Part shown: positions 48,471 through 61,691 of the stretch, one piece after another | Layout: each line of letters starts with the position of its first letter | Position numbering within the stretch: position 1 is the first letter of the stretch | NCBI RefSeq assembly: GCF_036971445.1 | Contig: NC_091472.1 | Span: 307,644,001 to 307,708,000, forward strand | Length of the DNA stretch: 64,000 nucleotides | DNA from: Narcine bancroftii | Lineage: Eukaryota | Direction of reading: 5' to 3' | Program-made: the position numbers and the translations under genes | The notes under the pieces: model-generated | Databases searched by the model: none | Told to the model about the DNA's origin: nothing | Seen by the model: only the letters and a program-made list of their open reading frames with translations

Positions 48471-51088
48471 TGTTGGTTTTAATTTCATGATTATTCTTTT
48501 CACTCATGTAGTTCTTAGACACCAACTATTAAAGAAAAGATGCGTAGCAGAGGGAAGGTCACACAATACCATCTGTTTTCTAGGAACTTGCCTTTAGCAT
48601 GGAATTGAAAGCGTTTGGAATAAGTGAGGTATCATTAATCAGAAGTGGCTGCCAGAGCACTGAGATACTTTATTGATCCTATCCGACTGTTGAGAATGAA
48701 ATAGTACAGAAGAAAAATTAAAGGTTATTGGGAAGAGACAGGTCCATGGCCCAGATCAGACATAATCTTAATAAATGCCAGAGCAAGCTCGATGGGCCAG
48801 ATGGTCTACTACTGTTCTTAAATATGGTCCTTCTGCCTCGAGGTCTTTGCCAAATTTTCCCTGGAGTACTTTGAATTGGGCTTAAACCAAATGACTATCC
48901 TGGTGCCTGTATGGGTTTCATTAGACCCCTGCTAAATTAATGAGACTGGAGCATAAATAGTTGTGAGGGATTGTGGAAACAGGAGGTAATATTGCCTTAT
49001 TGCTTAGGATCTAATCCACAGGCCACACTAGCCACTGACAGTCTCCAGTAATACAGTCTCCCTCTGGGAAAAGGAGATGTTAAATACTGAAATCCTGGTG
49101 TATAAAAATGTTGGAGGAACTCAATGGGCCAAGCAGCGTCTCCTGTATCTGGTTCTCTCTGCTCTTTGCCATTCTCAAAATAGCTCCCGTTATCCCTTCC
49201 CTTACTTACCAGATTATTGCACTGCTAATCTCTATGTCACCTGGATCCAGCTCGCTTTTAGATGCATCCAGGATCCACCTGTCCTTTTTGTGACTACTTC
49301 CACCTATCACCCACCTTCCTGTCTCCCAACCCTGCTCCTCTTATTCCCCAACCTTGCTCCGTCGGCCCATCATCTATCACCCCCTGCTCACTCCAAGCTT
49401 CTCCTGTTTTCACTGGCCATCTTACCTCTTCAGTCTTTGTCCTACTGCAGGGTTGCCAATTTCTCACACCTCCTCGTCCTAACCCACTGTGCAAAGTCTT
49501 CTGAAATGCCAAACTCAAGTGAACCCTGCTGTAATTCACTGGCAGAGCAGCTCAATAACTAAATGCTGCAGCAAGCACTCCACGTTTGCTTGAACGCAAG
49601 AGCGATCTGCAGCCAGTTCTAAAGTTGTCTTACTGCCCAATGTTAGCACTGAGCACAGCAAGAGCAATATGGTCCTGTTTTACTTACTTATTAAAAAAGA
49701 ACCTGTTTCAGCCCATTTCAAGTTCAAGTTGTTTGTGGTATCATATATGTAGCCTGACAATAAATCTGAAATGTACTTTCTTGTTTTAACTACATCTATT
49801 TGCAAGTCTTACGTTGTAAGTCAAGTTCAATCAGGCTTATGTTAACTTAGGCTTCAGGATTCCTCACACTTCATTCCCACAACCTAACTGCAATCGATTT
49901 AACTTGACACATATTTCCATATATCTCCTTTCTCATTTCTTCACTGAATCCATTTTAGCCCAGTAAGGATAATTGTGTACATGCAGTTCCAAAATTGTCA
50001 TTTTTATGGAGGCTGAATTGAGTTTTGTTAAGCATTTTAAAAGAACAGGCCAAGGCTTAAAAGAGTCAATTACTATTGTCCATTTCAACTGCTAAGTATT
50101 CCACACGCCCTCAAATCTCTGCAATACAAGGCATTCATTTTGTATAAAAATAACTAATCACTTCACCAAACAGCTGACAAAAGGATCTGCAACTCACAAT
50201 CCCCATCTCTCGTTATGATAAACCTACACCTGAAATAAAAAGAAAGTCGAATGATTTCATTGTATGACAGCTTTTCCTAAAATGTCATTTTCCCTTGAGG
50301 TTCCCGAGCAGTATTCATTATATCAGAAATGAATTCTTTGTAGTGATATGATATACTGAAAACCAATATTTACTTATAAGCACACATAACAGACCTTGTT
50401 TCTAATTTTGTGATTTACTAAATTGTTCCCGTGTATTTTTACAATTAATGTAAAAAACATGAACGATAAATACTTTCCAAGTCTACACCTCTGACGTCAT
50501 TTTCACTGCTTTTGAAAATCGAGCAAATATTTAAAAATATCAACGGTAATTCAGATTTTCTGTTTGCAAGTGTTCCTGCAGAGTTTTGACGGGCAATTTT
50601 CTGAATCTGCCTGAAATCCACAAAAAATATTGGTTGCTAACTGTTAGCTCAGTAACACAACTGATTTGAAAGCAGAAGCAAAAATTTGTTTTTTGAAGTT
50701 GACGTTTCAGCCTTTTCAATTCGACTCAAATATCCTTCCACAACAATACACAAAGTTGGTGCATTATTAATATTCACCTTGAAGAAAACCTTTACCTGGG
50801 TAAGTTACACAAGGTAATCAACACCACAGATCAGCCAACAGCTGCCCTAAAATAGGCGTAAGCGACACTCGTCACCTTTCTACACAGCTGCTTTACCAGT
50901 GGAAAAATGTACCACATATCCTGATCACTGGTGGAGTGCTTGCTAAATTAATGCAGCATTAAGTATGTATCAGATTGCTTCTGGAAATAAGTAATGACAT
51001 AAACATGCAAATGAAACTGTGGTTGCATTCGCTTTTATAACTCCAAATACAACTATTTTTAGGCATACAGTATTTATTATGTACTTAC

Positions 51089-51199
51089 CTCAGAATTAAA
51101 TCGGAGCTGGCAGACATTACATGAAATAATTTGCTTCTTTTTAGGAGGAACTGAAACTCCAAATGTATGGTTGATGACTGCTTTCTGCACAGGATCCAT
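51089..51199 (-). CDS. ZNF385B: ZNF385B-like coding exon, 111 nt, phase 0/0: [37 protein letters not shown] (CxxC half of a matrin-type zinc finger)
   Basis: Peptide is near-identical to the ZNF385B motif I recall ([36 protein letters not shown]). On the minus strand it has a ttcatttccAG acceptor and a GTAAGT donor (plus acttac 51083-51088). Paralog choice (B rather than A/C/D) rests on GVSxPPKKKQ. Confidence 0.92.
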
Positions 51200-52844
51200 C
51201 TGGAAATGAATAGAATCAAAATCACTATGTAAATCTATTTCAGAAATGCTTGAAAATGTTATGAGTATTGAGGATGAAAGCCACCACAGGCAACAATGCC
51301 CATAGAAAACTGAAATTTTAATGTACATGGCAACTAAGGTTTCCAGATACAGCAATCATCTGAAATGAAACATTTGTTCAGTATTTGGTTTTTTTTCCCC
51401 AGAAATATTATGAAATTAAAATAGGCAAATTATGTTTACTGTATTGGCAGGTCAACCTGTCACAGGAGAAAGAGAGAGATCGGCAGCTGCATTCAAACTG
51501 GAAATACATATTGATCCATTTGATTGTGGAAATAAGTATGAGGGTATGTCAAACCTTACCAACAATATTCTGTCACAAATGTGGTTTGAAAAGCTGGTGG
51601 CTTATTCACAGTAAGAATAATGCGACACTGTATTACAAAGCTGTGCTTGCAGTGTCTTTGAGGCAAGGTTATTCAAGATAAAATTGTGCACAGGAGCATG
51701 GAAAATTCACTGCTTCCACCACTGACAAGCAACCCTGTCACAGGAGAATGCTTGTTTTTCTCTCTTACACCAGAAAATTAATTATTGAACACTTGAAGCG
51801 TACTGCATGAGGAAAATAAAATTGAAATGCCAAAATAGGTATAGTTTGAGTACCTGGAAGTTGTCCACGAGAATAATGGAAAAAAAGCAGTCAAAGAGGT
51901 GAGGCAAAGCACAGTCTGAATCTCTGCTGTGTACCAGGTAATAATCGAAAACATTAGCCTCATGCCAATGCAGATCTTTTTCTTTAAAAAAACTACACAG
52001 AGCAGGCTATGCACAAAAGCCTCAATTACAACAGTGTGGAGCTGTACAAGGACAATTTATGTAAACACAACATGGTTCTCCTGTGAGTGAATGAGAAACA
52101 ATTGCCGTGTAATAGTCAATGCTTCTTTAAAAACAACCATGGAATGGATATTGTCAGACCATGATTAAGTTACAAGAAGGTGGCATGTTAGCATTTAATA
52201 AGATTTAGCTTTGTCAGAAATCATGATGCAGTTTGTGTGTTCGGAGAATAGGCGATGTGAGCTGATCTAATAAATTGAGGATCAGAGAATCTACATACCA
52301 TTGAAGATAAAAATTAGGAAGTTATTATGCAATAATGAAAACATCTGGAACCACAACATATTTCACAAGATGTATGTAGTTGTACTTTGGAAAAATAAGG
52401 TAACAAATCAGATGCTAAAATTAGACGTCAAAATAATTATGATTCATCATAATATAAATGGATAAAATCTTATTTTGAAGGCAGCAAAATTCACATAAAA
52501 TAGTGCAAAATAGACAGGCAAATTATTTAAAATGGGCAGATTAAGAAAAATAACTGCATATGATCACTCCATAGTGCTGTTCATCAACTAAAGTGCTCTA
52601 ACATAACACATCACAGCCTTTGGCTAATTCTTTTGTCAGGGTTAAATACATAAGAAGAATTCTAACTACGAGAGTGAATGACACCGTGCATATAGGCCAA
52701 AGCATTTGCTTTTTTCTTTTGGTCATAAATATACAAGAACTGTCAAGTTTTTCAGTAAGAGCTAACCCTACCATATCTTCCAAGGCCAGCCATATTTGGC
52801 AAGTCAAGCTCCTGGTTAGATTGAGGCTGTAAGTACGAAGTCCA

Positions 52845-53620
52845 AAGGTTCAAAAGTTCCTTTTATTTTCATGTAATAAAACCCGGAGAACGCTGTTTCG
52901 TCAGGTTGTACTTGTACAATCAGATGACAATAAACTTGACATTAAAAATGTAATATAAATGATATACTTCAACTTTTGTCTGCCGTAAGGTAGAAAAAGA
53001 GTCGTCGTGAGCACTGCTCTGCAGTGTTAACAATAGAAGAAAGACAAGCAAAAGAGAGTCCTTTCGGAGGCACTGAGCGACTGTGGATTTGCCTCCAGCG
53101 TTCCCAAAGACTCCAGTTCAAACCACCAGCATCCCAAACTCCAGATCCAAACTTCTGATACAATCAGGAAGCCTTCAGCATCCGAGGCCCTTCAGGAGTC
53201 CTCGTTACCCTCTGTCCCCTCTCGAATCCCAGTTCTGATACCAGGTTCTAGTGATCCAGGCTCCGGCAGCCCCACAGCCTGTGTGGACCCTTCACCATCC
53301 TGCAAGATAATCTCCCATGCTTCTCCTACTCAACAAGGGGTGTTCTCCCTATTTCTGATGCCCTGCACCAGTCTGCTGCTCCCCCGCAGTCTGCAGTCCC
53401 TCGCGGTCTGCTCCCCATCACAGGTACCGCCATACAAGTACAGATCCCACGGGTGCAGGATTTTTTAAAAGAAAAACCATTGGCTACTTCATCAGGCCGT
53501 TTAATGCCTGTATGGAGTCATCTGCATTAGTACCAGGCGGTAGGACCCTGCAGAACAGCACTGTGTCTCCATTCCCTGTTCTCCCGGGTCTGCATTAGTG
53601 GCAGTACCAACGTTATATTT
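52845..53620 (-). repeat. Unclassified interspersed repeat (family of 16450-16830) with a ~58-bp LINE-tail insertion at ~52883-52940
   Basis: Sequence similarity to 16450-16830 and to 8047-8103. Confidence 0.6.
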
Positions 53621-53949
53621 TCATCTCGGGGACAGAAGTTTCACATGCTGTAATAGAAGGGTTCCAGCTAATTAACGGAAAATGATTACATCAGGGAAAA
53701 TAATTTTTATTAACACATCTTAAATTCTGATCTGAACATTCTTGATGAAGAGCTCAGAACTGAAAGGTCAACTGCTTATTCATTTCCATGGATGGTGATG
53801 AGCTCTTGACCTACACAGTTCCTCCGTGGACAACTGATAACTAATTACAGCTCATTTAAGATGTTATAATTCCCACAAAGCAGTAACACGTCAATTCCCG
53901 TTAATTTGTTGTGGCAAGTGCGAGTGCTTCAAGAAGACGTATGAGGGCA

Positions 53950-54412
53950 AGGATGTGGGAGGTAAGTGGAGGACCTTCAAAGGTGAAATTTTGAGATTAC
54001 AGAGTTTGTATGCTCCTGTCAGGATTAAGGGCGAGGTTAACAGGTGTAAGGAACCTTGGTTTTCAAGGGATATTGGGGATCTGGTTTGGAAGAACAGAGA
54101 GGTATATTACAGGTATAGGCAGCCAGGAGCAAATGAGGTATTTGAGGGGTAGAAAAAAAAATGCCACCAAGAAAGAAATCAGGAAGGCTAAAAGAAGACA
54201 TGAGGTTCCTTTGGCAGACAATGTAAAGGAAAATCCCAAGGGGTTCTACAGGCACATTAAGAGCAAAATGATAGTAAGGGCCAAAATTAGTCCCCTTGAA
54301 GATCAGAGTGGTCGGCTTGGTAAGGAGCCAAAAGGGATGGGGAGAACTTAAAATGGTTTCTTTCTTCATCAGTTTTCACTCAGGAAATGGGTACAGAGTC
54401 GTGGGAAGTTAG
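53950..54412 (+). mobile_element. CR1 ORF2 fragment, 5' part (continues at 58718)
   Basis: KKEIRKAKRRHE..LADNVKENPKGFY. Confidence 0.85.
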
Positions 54413-57400
54413 TGATACTCCCTACACGGAGAGTGAAAACGATAGGTTTTAATACACTTTAGATTGTAGCTGCCCGACTCCATGTGCTCGAATGAATGGA
54501 TATGGGGAGGAAGGTTGACCTTTATGGCCAGGTCACAAGGGAGGAGTTACTTGGGAGCGAGTCATCAGTGGGCGGGCCAGCTACTCATACACAGCAGTTA
54601 GTACATATCACCACATTCACCTCCTCTTTAAAAACAAAAACCCCACCGGATTAAAGTCCTAGAGGTTCAGCTGGTCAGGTGGTCTCCTGTGACCTGCACA
54701 GCTCCACCGGTGGTGTACTGGCTGACTCCGTTGCCAGTCATGTGTTATGAGGCTGGGGAATTAGGGGTGTCTCTGTAGGAGGTGGGGCTTGGTTGTATGT
54801 GGGGGCATTCATGGTAGTTGGAGCAGCTGGAAGGGGGTTTGGGGCGCTAACCTGCACCAAGTTCTGGGGGGGCAATGTGGGTGTAGGTAGGGTCAGGTTT
54901 GGCTGGGGTGGGGGGTGGGTAGGGGTCTCCAGCATGCACCAGGTCCTGGACAGGGACTGTATCCTCATGGATGTTGGGGTACAGCACGTAGGCATATTGA
55001 GGGTTGCTGTATAGGAGCTGCACCTCTTCCACCAATGGGTTGTGCTTATGGCCCCTCGCGTGTTTCCTCAGCAGGACTAGTCCCAGAGATGAGAGCCATG
55101 GCGGCAGAGTGGTTCAGGTCACTGACCTCCTGGGTAAGGAAAACATGTGCTCACATGGGGTCATATTTGTAGCAGTGCATAGGAGGAATTGGATGGCATG
55201 GAGGGCCTCTAGCAGGAATTCCTGCCAATGGGACACTGCCAGGCCTTTTGACAAGGGCCAGGAGGATCGCCTTCCAAATAAATACTGGCATTTTCTCACT
55301 CCACCTGGCCATTTCCACTGGGGTTGTAGCTTGTTGTCCTACTAGTGGCTATGCCTCAACCCAACAGGTACTGCCGCAGCTCATCGCTTATGAACGAGGA
55401 CTGCCGAATCACTATGGATATAGTTCGGGTACCCAAAGAGGGCAAATGTGCTGTGGAGTGCCCTGATGACAATGGCTGAGGTCATGTCGGGACAGGGGAT
55501 GGCAAAGAGGAATCTGAAGAACTCGTCAATGACATTGAGGAAATAGGCATTCCTATTGGATGAGGGCAGGGACCCCTTGAACCCGATACTGAGTTGTTCA
55601 AAGGGGCGTGTGGCTTTGATGAGGTGTGCCTTGTCGAGCCGGAAGAATTGTGGCTTACATTCCATGCTGACCCAACAGCGTCTGGTCAGAGACCTGACGT
55701 CCTTGATGGAGTACGGGAGGTTCTGAGCTTTTATGAAGTGGAACAACCTCGTGACTTTGGGGTGGCTGAGGTCATCATGGAGGAACTGGAGGCGGCCGAG
55801 AAGCATGCTGGTGCACGTCCCCCGGGATGGGGCATTTGGGGTGTCGTTGAGTTTGCCCAGTTGGTAAGGATATCATAGATATAGGTGGACAGTTTGATTC
55901 TCAACCTCAGGATTTTATTGTTCTTGATTTTATCCCGCAGTGTGGTGTTGAACATAAATGTCACGGCTCTTTGGTCCGTCAGCAGGGTAAATCTTTTCCT
56001 GGCCAGGTAATGACGCCAGTGGCATACTGCCTCAATGATCGCCTGTGCCTCCTTCTTGTCTGAGGAGTGCTGTGTCTCGAGGTCATGGAGGACATGTGAA
56101 AAAAATGCCACTGTCCTGCCCGCCTGGTTGAGAGTGGCGGCCAGTGCGAAGTCGGAGGCAATGCTCTCCACCTGGAATGGGATGGATTCATCCACAGCAT
56201 GCATTGTGGCTTTGGTGATGTCTCCTTTGATTTGGGTGAATGGAGCCCGGGCTTCTGCCCATAATGGGAAGTTCATGTATCTTACCAGTGGGTGGGCTTT
56301 ATCGGCATACTTGGGCACATATTGGGCGTAGTAAATAAAGAACCCCCAGGCACCTTTTTAATGCCTTGAAGTTGTATGGGATCGGGAGTTCCATGAGGGG
56401 ATGCATGCGGTCGGGGTTGGGGGCAATGACACCATGTGCCTCAACTCATCCAAGGAGGGCCAGGCAGTTAGTGCTAAACATTGTTGTAAGTCAAATGGAA
56501 GGACAAGGTTCGGGTCGTGGTCCTGCTGGTTGTGGCTGTAGATGGTGACGTTGTCGAGATAGGGGAAAGTGGCTGTCAGATTGTGGCTGTCTACCATCCG
56601 ATCCATCTGGAACACGGAGATGCCATTAGTGACTCCAAAGGCACCCCAAAGTGGAAGAGCCCGCCATCCATTTCGAATGCATTATATTGGTGGTCCCCTG
56701 GGCGAAGGGGGGAGTTGGTGGTACGCCAACTTCTGGTCGATAGTGGAGAACACCCTGTACTGGGCAATGTTATTGACCATGTCGGTGATCTGGGGTAGAG
56801 GGTAATCATCCAGCTGTGTGAATTGGTTGATCGTCTACCTGTAGTCGATCACCATCCAGGGTTTACTCCCACCCCTGACCACCACAATTTTGGGGCCTCC
56901 ACAGGCTGGAACTGTGGGCTATGATCCCCTCTGCCAGAAGTAACTGCACCTCAAACTTTATATATGCCTGTCCTCAGTGCTACAGTGTCTGCTGTTTGTC
57001 ATCGTGGGCCTGCAGTCCAGGGTCAGGCAGGAGCTGGCAGCTGGTGGGGGTGGGGGGGGGGGCATGAGTTGGGGATTGTATACCGTTAATGGCGGTTGTG
57101 GTCCTTTGAATGCCATCGTGACACTCCTGAACTGGCTCTGTAAGTCAAGGCCCAGGAGGATCGGTGTACAGAGCTGTGAAATCAAGAAAATGGAAATTAT
57201 CGTAATGTTCACCCCCCACCGTTAACAATGCTACACAATACCCACGGATCTCTGCAGATTGGTCCTTTTGTAGCCATAGAGATTGTGCCACTCGTAGGTC
57301 TAACCAAGAGAGAGAGAGTGTGTGGGCAGTGTCCAGCAGGATGAAACTCTCTGTGCTCCCACTGTCAAACAGACAGTTAGTTCTTTTCCCATTTACCTCA

Positions 57401-58717
57401 ATCTCCATCTTCAGGTGAGGGCTGCCTTGGTTCAGGATGAAGGATGCCAGAAATGGATCGTCGTTGCTGTCGGGGTGCGGGGGGGCCTGATCGGTAAGAT
57501 GGCGGCCCCCATGTTGACCACGCTGTCGTACTGGGCAAGGAGGAGGAAGAAGGCGGAAATGATGTCATCCAGGAGGAGGAAGAGACGTCAAGTAAGATGG
57601 CGACTCCGGTTTGCGCACACAGTTGAGCCTTTCAGGACCGGAAGTGACGTCGGGATCGATGGCCCACCCCTGGGGTTGCACGCAGCACTGCTCGCTCAGG
57701 AGGGTTTGGACTTAGAGACACGCTGGTAATGTCCTTTCTTCCCACATCCAGAACAAGTGGCTTCCTTGGCCAGGCAGTCATCGGGGATGCTTTTGCTGGT
57801 TGCAGTAGTGGCACTTCGGGTGTCCGAACGGGTGATGGAGGGGTCGTGGCCTGCTTGCACATAAGCAGTCTGTGATGTGGAATCACAAGATGGCAGCACC
57901 CACGGCCTGCACGTAGAGGGCCTATTCTTACCAGTAGCGATCGTCTTGGTGTTGTGCTGGGCAGAATCGAGAATCTTAGGAAGATGGAAGGCAGTCTTCA
58001 TAGGCAGCTTGTCTTCCTCAAGCAGCCACTGGCGGAAGTGATCAGACCTCACCCCAGACACACAAGCATCCCAGACCAACTCCTCCACTCACTGAGCTAC
58101 AGGTACGGGAGTCGACACAGTGCTCCAGCCATCTCTCCCCAGGTCATACAAGGCCCGAAGGAACACGTACATGCATTCACTAGGCTGCTGTTTCCTCGAG
58201 GTCAGAAAGTATCGTGAGTGCACCTCATTCACCCGGGGACAGTAGAGGTTGCGGGGTTCAGCCATGGCCTCTGGGTAGGTTGTGCAGTTCCTTTTTGTAT
58301 GGTACACTCGGTGGCCCACCCCTCACTTGTAGAACCTTGTGTCTCTTCTCATCCGAGTCCACCAGGCCCACTGTGACTTCGAGAAAGTTTGAGAAGCAGG
58401 TGATCCTCTGTTCGTACTGCTCGGCAGCTCCAGGCGCCTGTGGATCGATGTCTAGCCTGTTGGGCCTCAGCAGCTTGTCCATCCCATGTGGAAAATTAAA
58501 GTGGATTAAATTTGTTTGCAATGACTCCAAGGAGTGAGAGTGAGAACGACAGGTTTTATACACTTTCGATTGTAGCTGGCCCAACTCCATGTGCTCCAGT
58601 GAATTGATGGGGGAGGGAGGTCGACCTTTATGGCCAAGTCACAAGGGGAGGAATTACTAGGGAGCAAGTTGTCAGTGGGTGGGCCAGCCGTCACAGCAGC
58701 ATAAACATATCTCCACA
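54413..58717 (-). mobile_element. Ty3/gypsy (Mag-like) LTR retrotransposon, full-length but decayed
   Basis: ~200-bp LTRs (54413-54615, ~58513-58717); TSD gttag; gag LRPNRLDIDP and knuckle CSGCGKKGH; PR LFDSGSTESF; RT PYLDNV; RH SDKKEAQAII; IN HDDLSHP..C..C; PPT aaagaggaggtgaa. Confidence 0.92.
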
Positions 58718-60285
58718 GTTAGGAAATCAACCACTGAGGTCATGGCAACTATACAGATTAAAGAGGAGGAAGTGCTTACTATCTTAAAGCAAATAAAGGT
58801 GGATAAATACCCAGGACCTGACAAGATATTCCCTCAGACCTTGAGGGAGGCTAGTATAGAAATTGCAGGGATTCTCACAGAAATATTTAAAATGTCCTTA
58901 GCCACAGGTGAGGCGCCCGAGGATTGGAGGGTGGCTCACGATGTTCAATTATTTAAAAAAGGCTCCAAATGTAACCCTGAAAATTATAGGCTGGTGAGCC
59001 TGACGTCGGTAGTAGGTAACTTATTGAAAGGTGTTCTAAGAGATCAGATATACAATTATTTGGAAAGCCAGAAACTGATTAGGGATGGTCAACATGGCTT
59101 TGTGCGTGGTAGGTTGTGTTTAAATAATCTTGTAGTTTTTCAAGGAGGTTATCAGGAAAGTTGACAAAGGAAAGGCTATGGATGTTGTCTACATGGACTT
59201 TAGTAAGGCCTTTGACAAGGTCCCATATGGAAGGTTAGTCAGGAATGTTCAGACGCTAGGTATTTTGGGTTTGATAATGGCTGGGAGGAGCCAGATTACT
59301 TCTCAGACTGGAGGCCTGTCTCTAGTGGTGTACTTCAGCAATCAGTTCTGGGACCACAGTTGTTTGTCATCTATAGCAATGATCTGGATGATAATGTGGT
59401 AAATTGGATCAACAAGTTTGCAGATGGCAGTAAGTTTGAAGGTGGTGTGGACAGCAAAGAAGGTTTTCAAAGCTTGCAGGGATCTGGACCAGCTTGTAAA
59501 ATGTGTTGAAAAATGGCAGATGGAATTTAATGCAGACAAGTGTGAGGTGTTGCATTTTGGAAGGACAAACCAAGAAAGGACATACATGGTAAATGGTTGG
59601 GGCTCTGAGGAGTGCGGTGGAACAGAGGGATTTGGGAACACAGATATATAATTTCCTGAAAGTGATGTCACAGATGGATTGGCTTGTAAAGAGAGCTTTT
59701 GGCATATTGGCCTTCTGGAATCAAGAATTAAGTACTGGAGTTGGGATGTTATGGTAAAATTGTATAAGACATTTGTGAGGCCAAATTTGGAGTATTGTGT
59801 GCAGTTTTGGTCACCTAACTACAGGAAAGATATCAATAGATGGAAAAATTGCAGGGAAGATTTACCAGGATGTAGCCTGGATTTCAGGAACTGAGTTACA
59901 GGAAAGGTTAAACAGGTTAGGACTTTATTCTCTGGTGCTTCGAAGAATAAAGGGAGATTTGATAGAGGTATTTAAAATTATGAGAGGCATAGACAGAATA
60001 AATGTCTTTTTCAACTGAGATACAAACCAGAGGGCATGGGTTAAGAGTAAAATGAGAAAAGTTCAGGTGGGAGAGTGGAACCAAGAGTGGTGGGAATGTG
60101 GAAAAAGCTTCCAGCTTAAATGGTGAATGTGGGCTCATTTTTAGCATTTAAGAAGAATTTGGACGGGTACATGGATAGGAGAGGTATGGAGGGCTATGGA
60201 CTGAGGGCAGGTCAATGGGACAAGGCAAAAAAAATGGTTCAGCACATACTAGAAGGGCCAAAGGGGCCTGTTACTGTGCTGTAAT
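58718..60285 (+). mobile_element. CR1 ORF2 fragment, 3' part
   Basis: [44 protein letters not shown] and a 3' UTR. Confidence 0.9.
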
Positions 60286-60810
60286 AGAATCATAGATCAC
60301 TACAGCCAAGAAAACAGGCCATTCAGCCCTTCTAGTATGTGCTGAAACATTATTCCACCAGTCGTGTTGAGCTGCACCCAGTCCATAACCCTCCAGACCT
60401 CTCCCATCCATGTAGCTATCCAATTTATTCTTAAAACCTCAGAGTTAGCCCACATTTACCACATCAGATGGCAGCTCGTTCCACACTCCCACCACTCTCT
60501 GAGTGAATAAATTCCATCCTAATGTTCCCTTTCCCTTTTCACTCTAAACTCATGTCCTCTTCGTGGAAAGAGCTTACTCACATTTACACTGTTTATACCC
60601 CTCATAATTTTGTAAATCTCCCCTTATTCTTCAACACTTCAAGGAATAAAGTCCTAACCTGTTTAATCCTTCCTTGTAACTCAACCCCTGAAGACCCAAC
60701 AACATCCTAGTAAATCTTCTCTGCACTCTTTAAATCTTACTGATATCTATCCTGTAGTTTAGTGACCAAAACTGCACACAATATTCCAAATTTGGCCTCA
60801 CCAAATGTCC
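60286..60810 (-). mobile_element. CR1 3' fragment, tail-to-tail with the preceding CR1
   Basis: atagaatcatag tail, aacaggccattcagccc and ccaaaactgcacacaatattccaaatttgg. Confidence 0.8.
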
Positions 60811-61691
60811 TCTTGTTCTATGAAAAGTTGGATGTTTCTCCACTTCTGCTCCTTGCTTTCTTGGCAGGCAATTGTTCAGCTTGTCTGGTCGCTAAATTAC
60901 AGAGTGCAAACCAGTTCCAATAATGACTCCCTGTGGCCAAATACTGTGGAGTGTTGCCAGAGTGGTGCAGACAAAAAATAAATCATGTTTTGAACACTTA
61001 TAATGTAGCCTCCAATAAAGCCTTGGTGGTGGCATGGCCGTGAAATTTGCAGCTGTAGGCAGCCAAATGAGAGCAAAGAGGAATTCTACCCCAAAATATA
61101 TCATACGGAACAGTTCAGCCACTGACGGTTGTGTGCTCTGAGCAATAATTGACTAAGAATGAAAGCATGGTGCAAGCTGCCAGCACACCTGCAATTGACC
61201 CTGAGAAAGATCTTCTCAAAGTCTCCCTCTCTAATTCAGCAGTTAACAGCAAAATGTGACATGCAGCTTCCATTGGCATTTGCAGGCTGGAACCAGCCTG
61301 CAGCTGGGATGCCGAGAGAGAAGGCGATTTTCACTTGAGCCGAGAGGAGTGCGGTTAGATCGGTGCCTTTGCACAATGAAGCTTCGTGAGTTCAGACACG
61401 TCAATCGAGCTTAGTGTTAGCTCAGCTTGTACAAGCTTTCCTCATTTACGAATGTGGGTCTGTATGACAGCTGACTGCTTGCAGTCCAGGGTGGAAAGTC
61501 CTACTTTGTTTTCTCTGACACGTACCGTGTGGCTGGCTGGGAGATACAGACTCACGTCAAAATGAAAGTATTATAAGATAAGAACCATTTTAGTTTGGGT
61601 GACTGCAAAGTGTTTAGAAATGTCAGGACTGGTGGGTTTCAGTGCAAGAAGTATGCAAAGTAGCTTTCGGCAATTGGACTATGAACGCAAG

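Noticed and set aside
51200-51355. N-terminal extension of ORF 51077..51355
   Set aside because: Intronic read-through upstream of a clear AG acceptor.
60892-61122. Minus ORF, considered as the upstream ZNF385B exon
   Set aside because: No similarity to the expected upstream peptide; that exon is probably outside the window.
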